This document shows, in pieces, positions 24,980 through 36,204 of a stretch of 42,298 nucleotides of DNA. Location: assembly GCF_001194135.2 (NCBI RefSeq), contig NC_068987.1:31551891-31594188 (forward strand), given 5' to 3'. Under the pieces are notes generated by a model. It was not told the DNA's origin. It saw nothing but the letters and a program-made list of their open reading frames with translations, and ran no database searches. The first letter of the stretch is position 1. Each line of letters begins with the position of its first letter. This stretch comes from Octopus bimaculoides (taxonomy: Eukaryota). The position numbers were made by a program, and so were the translations under genes.

Positions 24980-25193
24980 CTGTATGTGGTACTCATGGTT
25001 AAAGGAATTAATACTAATCCTCCTCTCAGACGTAGACGCTAAGGCAGGATTATTATCAGTATTATAATTAATATTATTACTAGTCGTTATTTTAAAGGTA
25101 TTATCACAGCTGAAATTACTATTATCTAAAGTATCAAAATCTAATTCAGGAAAATTAGCAACAGAGTTAATTCCACAATTCACACTACTGGTT
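24980..25193 (-). other. Candidate coding exon of unknown gene
   Basis: Open frame of about 71 codons in very AT-rich DNA ending at a CAG|GTGAAT donor; acceptor weak; no recognisable domain. Confidence 0.2.
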
Positions 25194-25273
25194 CTACACG
25201 TGCTTACAGATGTATGTACGTACGTACGTATACATGTATGTATGTATGTATGTATGTTCAGATCGCATAAGAC

Positions 25274-25454
25274 AACTACTGGTAACACGTAATCAATAAA
25301 ACCAGCCGCATTTTTGAGCCGTCGGTGATTAGAGAGGCAACCACGCCAATTTTCCTTCTTCAGGAAAGTGATTTTGGACTCTTTGTAGGACGATAAACAA
25401 GAACTATCAAAGAGTAGACGATATCATGAGAGTCAATGGCCATACAATAATATA

Positions 25455-25500
<46 letters not shown>

Positions 25501-25789
25501 TTAAATATGCGTGTGTGTATTTAGAGGAACTTACAGAGTGAGTACTGTCTCTTCCAAAGCTTAAATCAACAGTAAGACCCTCCTGACAGCTTTTGCAAAA
25601 TTACCGAAGGGAAAAATATCCTGGGAGAAGCCTGATAGACGGTTATTGACAGAGAAAGTTCAAGTTCAGCAGGAAAACCCTCAGCGTCCATAGTCCAAAA
25701 GAACTATTTTTGTTGAGGTTATGTACCAGTCCAGCTTGTAGTTGAACGTACAATACTTGTAGCTAAAACTACTGGTAACACGTAATCAA
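25274..25789. repeat. 23-bp perfect direct repeat flanking 470 bp
   Basis: AACTACTGGTAACACGTAATCAA at 25274-96 and 25767-89. Confidence 0.85.
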
Positions 25790-25852
25790 AAAAAAAAGGC
25801 GACCAAAAGGTGCAAGCTCATAGCCTGCTTGAATATGATGTACCACTTATAC

Positions 25853-26089
25853 CGGTAGTTCTCAATCAGGGTTCACATGACCCTTGGGTGTCCACGTAAG
25901 ATTTTATTGCTAAAATTTATGTGCAATAAACTGGTTATATTTCTACAATAAACTATGTTTCTTTATACAAGTAGTAATGATATTTAATTCTAAAAATAGG
26001 ATTTTTTAGATATCGAATGGCTATGAGGGTTCAATCAAACAAAATAGGAACCAAAGGAATCCAAAAGTAAAAATTATTGAGAACCGATG
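25853..26089. mobile_element. hAT-type MITE
   Basis: Ends CGGTAGTTCTCAA / TTGAGAACCGATG (CAGTGGTTCTCAA type); TSD ACTTATAC / ACTTATAT. Confidence 0.8.
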
Positions 26090-26139
26090 ACTTATATAGA
26101 GATTGATCGAATGCATTCATATAGGATATGGGTGAAAAG

Positions 26140-26636
26140 AAAGTAGTCTGGAGCTGTGCCGAACTCCTCATCTACAAAGCTGCCCTTAACGAAGAGAAAA
26201 AGCTTCACCGAAACCTGTATAACTAGACTATAAAGAAGGCGTTTGGGTCTTCTTCGCTCAGGATAGTAAAGTCACTATGTCTTGCTAACGTTCCGACAGC
26301 TATGATCCAAGAGATTAAGAGACAAGTAATCTGGTCAACAGAGCTGTCAATAAGAACTGAAGTTACTACTAGAGTCACAAACAGAACTAGGCTACCAACA
26401 GGAATATTTCAAGCTGATAGCTTATCTGTAATACGCTAAGTTCTAGTAACGAACTCCTTCTCAACTCTGTTAAGGAAATATAAAGTTTACTTGTTAAGAT
26501 CTGCAGATGAAAGTTAAATTAATGTCAACTCTACCTTTTTTGTTAAAGATAAACTGTACACGAATAATATTTACAATACCAAGAGCAAGTTAGATTACAA
26601 CTTTTTTGAGAGATATAGGAATGAGATTCGATCAGG
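26140..26636 (+). mobile_element. R4-type reverse transcriptase fragment, 5' part
   Basis: DYK(K)AF, GIFQADSLSVI (26401), FFVKDKLY (decayed YxDD region), DIGMRFDQ. Confidence 0.8.
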
Positions 26637-26863
26637 AGAGTATGAAACGATCTGGTACAGTAGTTTGTCCCTGACAATTTAATATCAAGCGTTTTGTACT
26701 CAGAATCTTTTGATAATGGAAAATTTTGTTTCTGTTCTAGTTAACTAATTTATCACAACTACTAAACTACTCAGCTACTAAACATCGTCTAACTTACTGC
26801 TTTCTGGCTAGTGAAAGCGTTTATGTCGACTGGTTTCAATTAATAAATTGTAATCTCTCTTTT

Positions 26864-26943
<80 letters not shown>

Positions 26944-28622
26944 CAAAAATTTAGATTCAAGTGAATATGGTACTTTAGTTGAGGCACCAGAATTTAGCAC
27001 GGTATTATCCATACAATTTCAAAGTAAGGTGATTAAAATCAAAATAAGCAACAAGGATATCCAGAAGTAATGCAGTACGATCGGTTCATGCATCTCCATT
27101 TAATTGAACAATGAAATCATTACATCAATTTAAAATGCAGAGCAATCTTCAACTGCTCAAAGATAGAATTTAATTAAATTAGAACAGATGGACTCATTAG
27201 TATAATTATGCCTAAAATCTCCAAGAATTTAAGGAGATAGACAAAGAACATGTTGTCTCTACTACAACATAGAAGTTAATAAATTGTCAAGAAGACTCTG
27301 CCTGTCACTGATTTTATTTGTTTTTATGGGGTCAGTTTTAATTTATTGACTAGTTTATCAAACCTTATACCTAAGGCTGAGAGAATAAAGGGCAGTATCT
27401 GCTAGGGATGGGGCTGAGAGAGCAGACAAATCATAGTTGGTATAGTCATAAAAATTATGAGGTTTCGTAAAGGAAAACTTAAAACAAGATGTTGGCTGAC
27501 AACTAAGGGGGTCGCCCACTAGCAGACCATTGATAATGAAACAGTGGAAGTCTTATCATGTAGTACTAAAGTTAAATGTTTTAAAACAATGTTACTATAT
27601 TGTATATAGATAAAGTTTATGGCTATTCAGAGGATTATTAAGAAGAATATATTAACAAAAGGATAAAAATTTATGGATACTTTTGAGTATATACCGAACT
27701 TTTACCACAATAGTGGGAGGAAAAGAAATTATTCAGAAATAGTTTAATATTTATACATATTGTACACTTAAATACTAACTCTTCAGATGGTATTTGTGAA
27801 CATTGATTAATTGGTATACGCTGGTATTAATAAAGAGTATTGAGGTAAAAGAACATTCTAATTATATATTAATAAAATTGTAATCTAAGCAGTTTTTTTT
27901 TTTATATGTAGTGAATATACCAGCATAGTTTTATATAAGCTAAGCATGAATTTATAGAGATACAAAGATTAGGTTAATTTTATGAATAAATAAAGGCTAA
28001 TTATAAAATAATAAAGAAATGAAATAAAATAATCAAGTAGGGCAGAACACCATAGAAAAGGAATAAAATAGCTTAATTACTAATACTATGGTAAAGTATA
28101 TGCAGCTTATTAACACCAATAGAGAAGATTTATAGAAGTATAATAATTCAAAATATACTGGACTAAAAATTATATATTTACTTATTTAGTTAATATCAAT
28201 GAAAGACTGATGTCTGGTATCAGTTAAAAGAATATTTAAGTTATGGAACTTTCATATTTTACACTAATCTTTCCATATATAAACTGAGGGATTATATTAT
28301 AAGGTTTAAGAAGTTATTATTGTTACTCCTTACATGATATTTATAGTTTCTTAGTGGTACTTGTTTAGAAGGGTTATTTATATAAAGGCCTTTATAAAAT
28401 ACTAAGATCAGGAAGGTAGAGCCATTTAAGAAAGATATAAATCAAGTAATCTCTAAAGGTCATTTCAAACAATATTGTCTTATTGTACAAAGTTGAAATT
28501 CAGGGTAATCAAGAAAATTATTAAGAATGAAATTTTAGCAAAACAATAAAATAAATATACACATATGCTTTTATGTGTATATTTCTTTGCGCAAGTGTGC
28601 GTGTGTGCGTGCGTGCGTGTGT

Positions 28623-28694
<72 letters not shown>

Positions 28695-28794
28695 CTCCCG
28701 CGGCAAAAAGTACTGTCGCCCAAACATTCAATGTCCAGTCAGCCGTGACAAATCGCCAGAGTCCTAACAGTGGTGTCCGATCGTTTCATTCCGT
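26637..28794. mobile_element. 2158-bp TIR-bounded insert (non-autonomous DNA element with cargo)
   Basis: 16-bp TIR matching at 13/16 (AGAGTATGAAACGATC / GATCGTTTCATTCCGT); flanked by GATCAGG / GGTCAGG; excision rejoins the RT frame. Confidence 0.7.
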
Positions 28795-28801
28795 GGTCAG
28801 G

Positions 28802-29145
28802 GTAAATGTTCACATCTTATAATCAAACGAGGAAAGACATTCGATTAGACAAAAAATATGGATGCCAATGATCTGTTTGTTTCTCCAAGCTCCAGTGATG
28901 AACGTCAAAAATATCTCGGAAGCGACGTGAATATTGCATACGACAATATTGCTAAAATGACAAAGGAACATATCAACAGACTTCTGAAGGTATGGAAGTC
29001 AGAATTGTCTGCATCCATTAAAATCATATCCCAACACACTTTCGCAGTGCCGGCGCCAGTACCAACATTAGCAATACAAGACTAAATATTTGAAGAAATC
29101 CGCAACTTGAACATCAAGACTAGGAAGATATTAACAATCGTTTAA
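28802..29145 (+). mobile_element. R4-type RT fragment, 3' continuation
   Basis: KCSHLIIKRGK...QKYLG...KVWKSELS...HTFAVP...EEIRNLNIKTRKILT. Confidence 0.82.
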
Positions 29146-29395
29146 CATTTTGACATAAAGTCAACAATTTTAATAGAGTGGGTAAGTCAATTACATCAAC
29201 CCCAGTGATAGTGACTGTTAACTTTCACATCAACAGCGACGCTGACAGGATTTATGTTAAATAAAAGGATGGACGGCCATTTAAGTGCCGCATCGTGTCA
29301 CTTAGGCAACTGAATTGTAAAGCGAGAAATGGGTCTGTGTGGTAATTGTTCTCTTGATTGAATTTTACTGTGCTTTCAGTTGTTTATATTCTTCA

Positions 29396-29553
29396 CAGGC
29401 GTGGTCCCAGGTATTTTTCGAAAGGGAGGGCACAGGGTTAGACGAGATTACAATTCTAGGAGAAAAGGGCGTAATAACATTATTTGGAAGGGCGCACTTC
29501 TTTTCTTGAGAAAGCGCATACCTCTCAGGTACCCCCATGTGGGTCTGCCCCTA
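29396..29553. mobile_element. Probable short MITE (AGGGGCGGATCC-type ends, degenerate)
   Basis: CAGGCGTGGTCCCAGG ... GGGTCTGCCCCTA; no clean TSD. Confidence 0.35.
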
Positions 29554-31004
29554 CTTCACTCGTTATTACTGCTTGTTTACAACTGGTTACCGTTCATTCG
29601 TGTAATGTCAGCATGTTCGTCTCAGTTTTATTGTTATCGCACAGGTCGTGGTCCGTATTGTTTACAGTGTTCCCAGAAGAAGAATCTACTGCTCTGTTCT
29701 GGCTCATTTAATTTAGTACTTTGATGATCTGTAGGGATAACAGCAAATTCTTCTAGTCGAAGGTTGCTTGTTGACGAAACTGTTTGGCACTGAAGGGTCA
29801 GTTGTTAGAGTATTTTAGATCTCAATCACTCTGTAGCAGAATATTCAGCATTTAACTTATAATGGTAGTTGGTATACAGAGACAGACGGACAGAATTCAA
29901 CTTGTTCAATGGCAAGGTTTATTTACAGTAGTGGGTTATGTACAATATAAATGCCTTGTATAAGATTTCTGTCAAGAAGTAAGTTGTGTTTTATAGAGAT
30001 GTCTATAGTGTGATAGCGGTGAATAAATGCGTGAAGACATTAGATATACTTTGTGTAGATAGAAAGAGACTTGATAGAGATGTTTCTTGAAAACATTAGA
30101 GATAACAGTATTGAGTTTGATCGATACTGCTGACGCACGTGGACGAAGAATTGTTCTTGTGTGAGACGCCAGCGCAAACGCGATAGAACCAAACTACAAG
30201 CCGGGAGCCCTTGGAGAAATAAATGAAGGAACTCAATTAAATATGGCCGCAGCCACATTTATGTAAGTGACAATCGGAGATTGTAAAGGGAGCCTGTTTA
30301 TTCCGCCAATCATAGACCGAATAGGGATGTAAACTTACTGTGTCGTTTGAGCCTACTTTGAGATTAAAAATGTATGTGTTAAACTAATGCTAGTATAGAC
30401 ATGCTACAACCTGATTAGTGCGATTTGCTGAAATGTTGCTCACACGATTAGCGAATCTGACCAATCGCAATTTCGCCTAGAAAGAATATTGTCCACGTGA
30501 TCGACAGGATCTGACTAATCACGACCTCATGTGGAATAGGACTTCAAAGACTAATTTCACTTACGACACCTTCTTTCCTGAGTCTCTCAATAGGTGAAAA
30601 ATGGCATACACACGCAACTAAGACCCAGAGAGCACAGAGAGAAAGTCTTTGGTTGCAGCAAAGACGGCTGACAGTCAATATGACGAATAGACACGGGCAG
30701 CGGCTGAGTCGATCTAATATCATCATGAAGATCTCCCTACACCAATACAGAGCTAATTTTCAACTAACGAACTATTCACAACTCAGTGGCCAGCAGTAAC
30801 TTTTCTATACTATTTCAATTGCAATAACATTTAAACTCTCTCAACATTTATCGTAACACTATTTCAATTGCACCAATTGCTATAAGATCCAACCCTCCCA
30901 CAAGAAATAAAGTCGTTCGTGAAAACCAACAGATTTCGTCATTTTCTTCTATGTACAACTGCTGACCCCTACGCTAAAAATAACAGTCAGCTCCTGATAT
31001 CGGC

Positions 31005-31135
31005 TTCGCCTTTAGGTATAAGGCCAGGAATTTCAGGGGAAAGGGTAAGTCGATTACATCGACCCCACTGCTTTACTGGTACTTATTTTATCGACCTCGA
31101 AAGGAATGAGAAGCAAAGTCGACCTCGGCAGAATA
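31005..31135 (-). mobile_element. SINE family A fragment
   Basis: Reverse match to the GTCGACTTTGC..TCGATAAA..AAGTACCAG core. Confidence 0.75.
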
Positions 31136-31631
31136 ATTAGCTCTTAATATCAGCAAGCAGATTAGCTAACAAGTCTAAGCAGTTAGCTTATCAGCTTCAA
31201 CTACAAGTCGTACTCAGCATCTCTCTCCAGCCACAACTTTTCATCCTTTTCATGTTGTCAGTTGAAGGATCTTACCCAGCTGTTCTTCAATTTTTTATAG
31301 AATTGTTACAAGTCCTGCGTCTATTCAAAGGTCATCTGAAATCCCTCTCGATAGTTCTGTGACTGGCGATAGCTGACCCCTATCTCCTATCCAAACAGGG
31401 TGTATGTTGTAATTATCCCACTTGGTGAGTTTCAGTAAATTTTCTCCACTTAATTACAGCTCTGATCTTCCTTAAAAAGGTGCCTCTTCGCATTTATCCG
31501 AAGATAGCCAATCTTATTTGCCAGACTTGTATCAATGGCAAAAGTTCTAGGAAACAGTATTCATTACAGGAAGTTGAATAATCATCGTTATGTATGTATG
31601 TATGTATGGATGGATGGATGGATGGAAGGAT

Positions 31632-31662
<31 letters not shown>

Positions 31663-31785
31663 GTTGGTTGTAGATGATGCAGTGATTGACACAGTTCACC
31701 AAAGACTTGTCATCAGCTCACTGAAGTCAGTGTCTTCAATGGACGAAGTAGTAACGGCAATAAGAAAGTTGAATGCATAAAAACA

Positions 31786-31988
31786 GCCGGGCGAAATGCT
31801 TAACAGTATTTCGTCTGCCACTACGTTCTGAGTTCAAATTCTGCCGAGGTCGACTTAGCCCTTTATTCTTTCGGGGTCGATTAAATAAGTACCAGTTACG
31901 CACTAGGGTCGTTATAATCGACTTAATCCGTTTGTCTGTCCTTGTTTGTCCCCTCTATGTTTAGCCCCTTGTGGGTAATAAAGAAATT
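31786..31988 (+). mobile_element. SINE family A, 5' truncated
   Basis: near-identical to 32975-33207. Confidence 0.9.
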
Positions 31989-32069
31989 AAAAAAACAGAA
32001 TTTATGCTGAGGTCCAGTGATTTGACGGTAGTCGTATCGCACAGAATCTTCACGAGTTTATTTGTGTAG

Positions 32070-33790
32070 CGTAGAGGGATGGTACTGCTTTCCAAGGACT
32101 GGAAACATGCAATTATCCTTTCTCTCTATAAAGGAAAGTGAGTCAGACTAAAGTACGGCAACCATAGAGGTATTGCTCTTCTGTCAACAGCTGGCAAGGT
32201 TCTGGTAAGTATTCTTCTTACCGGCCCGAATAAATACCTTGAAAATGATGTCCTGTCCGAATCTCAATTAGGCTTCAGTTCTGAATGACGAACATTGTAC
32301 AGATGCATGAGAAGTGCTAAGAGCAGATTAACGATCTTGTCCAGGTTTCCATGGATCTTATTGTGGAAAATACTCGTCAAACTTGGTTGTCCGGGTTATT
32401 TTGTTTAGATAATTAAATCATATCAGGATGAAATGGTGACATGGATCAATATCCCCCGAAGAGAAAGACGTTAAGTAATGTGACATTTTTGCCCCAGCTC
32501 TCTTTTCTTTGCATTTTCTTGTTGCTCCCACTTATGCTTTTGAGGCAGATTGCTCTTCTAGGATGTATGTGGAGTATCGATCTTCCACTCGTCTCTTGAA
32601 CATGCGTCGGTTTGCTGTCAATACGTAAGTTTTTCAATCTCTTATTCGTGACCTCCTTTATGCGGATGATTGCAACTAAGTCGCTCATACTGTTGAAAAT
32701 GTACAAATTTTCAGGACCATAACTCTACATATTGCCAGGCATTTTTACTCAGCATTAACCTGGACAAGACTATAATAATGTTCCAGCCTACGCTAAGAAA
32801 CATATGTGATACTCTCTATTTTAGTTAACGGAACAGTACTGAAAGTGGTCGACAAGTTTGTCTACTTGGACAACACACTCATCCGTTCTTGCTCCTTAAA
32901 TGAGGAAACGGCTTCAAAAGGCTTCAGAAGGCATCAGATTCCTTCAGGGTCTTGTCTCGTTACTAGTCCCAATAAAAAGGCGGCGAACTGGCAGAAACAT
33001 TAACACGCCGAGCGAAACGCTTAGCGGTATTTCGTCTGCCACTGCGTTCTGAGTTCAAATTCCGCCGAGGTCGACTTTGCCTTTCATCCTTTCGGGGTCG
33101 ATAAATTAAGTACCAGTTACGCACTGGGGTCGATATAATCGACTTAATCCGTTTGTCTGTCCTTGTTTGTCCCCTCTGTGTGTAGCCCCTTGTGGGCAGT
33201 AAAGAAATAGTCCCAATATTGCATCACGAGGCGAACAAAAGTTGCCGGGTACCATGCGTTGCTCTCTTACTGATGTGAGACATGTACTCTTTACAGGTAT
33301 CATGTAGGGTCCTTGAAAGCTTCCATCAAAGACGGTCTGAGATACACTCTAAATGTCGGCTGATTTTTGCAGGTTCCAGATAGAGCTCTTGGAAGGAACC
33401 GACGTTATAAGCACTAAGGTGATCGTGCACAAGTATGTTTCACTTGGACTAAACATATTGTTCGGGTGACTAATCGGTGGATCCCGAAATAGATGTTATA
33501 TGGCAAACTTGTTTATAGAAAGCTCCCCCAACAGAAACCAAGACTATGATTTAAGGATTGTGTAAAGTCTTCGCTGAAAGAATGCGAAATATGAGAGGTC
33601 AATTGGAAGAGAAATAGCGGAAACAGATAAAGGAAGGAGTGGATATTTTTTAAGACACACGCATTTGTATGCTGAACTTAATCAGGTTGCTCGAAAGGCA
33701 CTGCCCGCGTAATGAATGAGGGAAGCTTGGTCTGCGATATCTACGGTTGTTGTATGTTTATCAAGGGCTGGGCTCGTTAATCATCAGCAA
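32070..33790 (+). mobile_element. Decayed RTE-clade LINE (RT and downstream region)
   Basis: GNHRGIALLSTAGKVL (32158), ESQLGF, RDLLYADDC (32647-73), VDKFVYL, MLYGKL...KDCVKSSLKEC; many stops. Confidence 0.85.
32975..33207 (+). mobile_element. SINE family A, full length, inserted in the RTE
   Basis: B-box-like GAGTTCAAATTCC; 11-bp TSD TAGTCCCAATA (32964-74 / 33208-18). Confidence 0.92.
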
Positions 33791-33949
33791 CGCTACGGAT
33801 ATAAAAGGTCAGTGATTAATTTGAAAGATTCACACAGACACAATGAAACAAGAAAGAAGAGAGATGAGGAAGGAAAAAAAGGAGGGTTCACAAAGCAGCG
33901 GATGACGGAGTGGGGACGATGGACCACATATCCCAGAACAAATGGGGTG

Positions 33950-34720
33950 TTCAGCTGCGCACCGCAGTAATGACCGCGATGGCGTTGACCCCACAGAATG
34001 GCCGGCGGCACTCGCTGCAGCAACCACATCACCTCGCGCGGCTCATTTCTTCGATAGACCCCGCTATACTTATTTTGCGGAGGAAATCAGTAGTGTCCCA
34101 GAAGGAAGAAATCAGAAGAAATACGGCGGCGAGCTGGCAGAAACGTTAGTATGCCGGGTAAAATGCTTAGCGGTATTTCGTCTGCCGCTACGTTCTGAGT
34201 TCAAATTCCGCTGAGGTCGATTTTGCCTTTCATCCTTTTGGGATTGATAAATTAAGTACCGGTTACGCACTGAGGTCGATGTAATCGACTTAATCCCTTT
34301 GTCTGTCCTTGTTTGTCCCCTCTCTGTGTAGCCCCTTGTGGGCAATAAAGAAATATGAAGGAAGAAATCGGTAGTATCTCAGAGCATTTAACGTCTTGAT
34401 GATGACTGGCACAAACTGATAGAGCCTGTTCAGGCTCCTGTGTACATTGAGTTCTCTCTCCTGTGCGTTACGGGCGGCAACAGCAGGGTTTGCAGCAGAT
34501 GCTGCGAAGTTAGAGCCGGAGAACGTGTCGTGGTACATCGCGTCCCAGACCAGAGATCTGCTTCCCTCGAATGGGAAGAGGGTTATCCCGTCGGAGAGCT
34601 TACCGGTGCCGCAGTTGAGACCTGCTGACTCAAGTTGAGACGGAAAGCCAGCCGTGTCAAAGCGCGTACTGAGTATGTCAACCTGTGGTACGAGTGGACA
34701 ACCATCATCATAGATGTGTA
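33950..34720 (-). mobile_element. CRE-type non-LTR element C-terminus (REL endonuclease), interrupted by a SINE
   Basis: FDTAGFPSQLESAGL..GKLSDGITLFPF..SLVWDA..DTFS..FVPVIIKT then NEPREVMWLLQRV. Confidence 0.72.
34125..34355 (+). mobile_element. SINE family A, full length
   Basis: matches 32975-33207; GAAGGAAGAAATC repeated on both flanks. Confidence 0.9.
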
Positions 34721-34723
34721 GAC

Positions 34724-35002
34724 CAGGGGTTTTCAAACTGTTTGACTTGCCGACCCCTTTATATTTCAGGCTTTACCTTAGGGACCCAATTATAAACGCT
34801 TATGAAATTTATACATAAATATTTGCTTAAAATAACATATATTTTTACATTTATTTATTTAACAGTATTTAACAAATGGGTTTATTGTCAATTAAAAGAT
34901 TTCGATTAAAAAACATATATAAAATCAAATTGCCCATAAAAAGTATTTGCTGTCTACGGACCCCCTGTCTTGTCCTTGCGGACCACAGTTTGAAAACCCC
35001 TG
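34724..35002. mobile_element. hAT-type MITE
   Basis: Perfect 17-bp TIR CAGGGGTTTTCAAACTG; perfect 8-bp TSD GTGTAGAC (34716-23 / 35003-10). Confidence 0.95.
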
Positions 35003-35125
35003 GTGTAGACGAACGTACGTATGCGTGTGTTTATGTTTTTATATACAATACAATACATTCACGTATGTATGGAGAATGATAAAAACAATAAACAGGAGAT
35101 AGGCTCACGATGAAAATTATAGATA

Positions 35126-35355
35126 TACGAGGGGGTGCTGAAAAGTGACTGGCTTGGGGTAAAAATAAATACAGGAGGATCGGTTAATTGTGATTTTATC
35201 CAACATATTCCCCTCCCATATTCACATACTTATAGCAGCGGTCCTTCAGTTTTTCTAAGCCCTGTAAAAGAACTCGGAATGTTAGGCCTCCAGCCAGGCA
35301 TTTCGCGACATCCTTAAAGCCAGGAACTTTTCAGTACACCCCCACCCCACACGTA
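35126..35355 (-). mobile_element. Mariner-derived MITE, same family as 19554-19776
   Basis: reverse-complement similarity along its length. Confidence 0.8.
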
Positions 35356-35665
35356 TATGTATACAACAACATGCTATGAGAGGAGGTAAAGTAAGTGGGC
35401 GGGACATTTAATATCTGTATGACACACAAATGAAGTTCGCGAGATAAATTAAATAGTTTGAAAAAACAACGATTTTCAGTCTGGTCTGCTGTGACCAATC
35501 AACAACTATTATTACTCATTGAAACATGTTAAATTGTTCTCTCTCCCACTTTCTTTCTCCCCCCCTCTCTCTCTCTTTCTCTTTCTCTCTCTCACACACA
35601 AACAAACAAAGACACACATGCACACCCATATACACACTCCGCCTATCTTACTGTTTTCTGTCAAG

Positions 35666-35687
35666 TTTTCTCTCTTCCCACATTTAG
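35666..35687 (+). other. Possible splice acceptor 13 nt upstream of the ATG
   Basis: TTTTCTCTCTTCCCACATTTAG polypyrimidine tract plus AG. Confidence 0.4.
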
Positions 35688-35700
35688 TATTTTTATCCTC

Positions 35701-35898
35701 ATGGATAAACAGCGGGTTTTAGCTTCGCTGCGAACACTGATATTCATTTTTTATTTTCTATGTATTTCACGCACTTTTCGTTATGTTCAAGCCCATGGAC
35801 GCTTATGGGAACCTTGTGCTCGCTCTAGCATGTGGCGGAAAAACTACCCGACCCCTGCAAATTATGAGGACAACGAACTTTACTGTGGCGGAATCAAC
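35701..35898 (+). CDS. First coding exon of a secreted AA15-family lytic polysaccharide monooxygenase (chitin-active LPMO-like)
   Basis: MDKQRVLASLRTLIFIFYFLCISRTFRYVQA|HGRLWEPCARSSMWRKNYPTPANYEDNELYCGGIN: hydrophobic signal peptide ending V-x-A, His1 at 35794, AA15 HGRL.EP..R.SMWR and P.NY.DNEL.CGG motifs; phase-0 GTGAGT donor at 35899. Confidence 0.9.
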
Positions 35899-36204
35899 GT
35901 GAGTATTTATTCATTTATAAACAACATTCAAGACAGTTGTAATTCATCTACTTCTGTGTGTGTGTGCGCGTGCAAGGGTGTGTGTATTATACTACAAGTG
36001 TATATCTACGTGTTACTGCATCTCTCGCTTGTTGCTTGTTTATCTCTACACTTCTCTCTTTTTATCTCCCTCCCTCTCTCTCTCTCTCTGTGATGTATGT
36101 ATGTATATCTTCATATATGTAATAATAAAAATAATATGTGAGTATATGCATATATACGTACATGTATGTACATACCTACATCTACATGTATATGCAGATG
36201 CATA

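Noticed and set aside
27300-28500. Firm NUMT call
   Set aside because: Short matches point to different mitochondrial genes in non-collinear order, as expected by chance in AT-rich DNA; kept only as a hypothesis
35899-36093. ORF-track extension of the LPMO ORF to 130 aa
   Set aside because: Similarity stops at a GTGAGT donor; the rest is intronic (GT)/(CT) repeat translation
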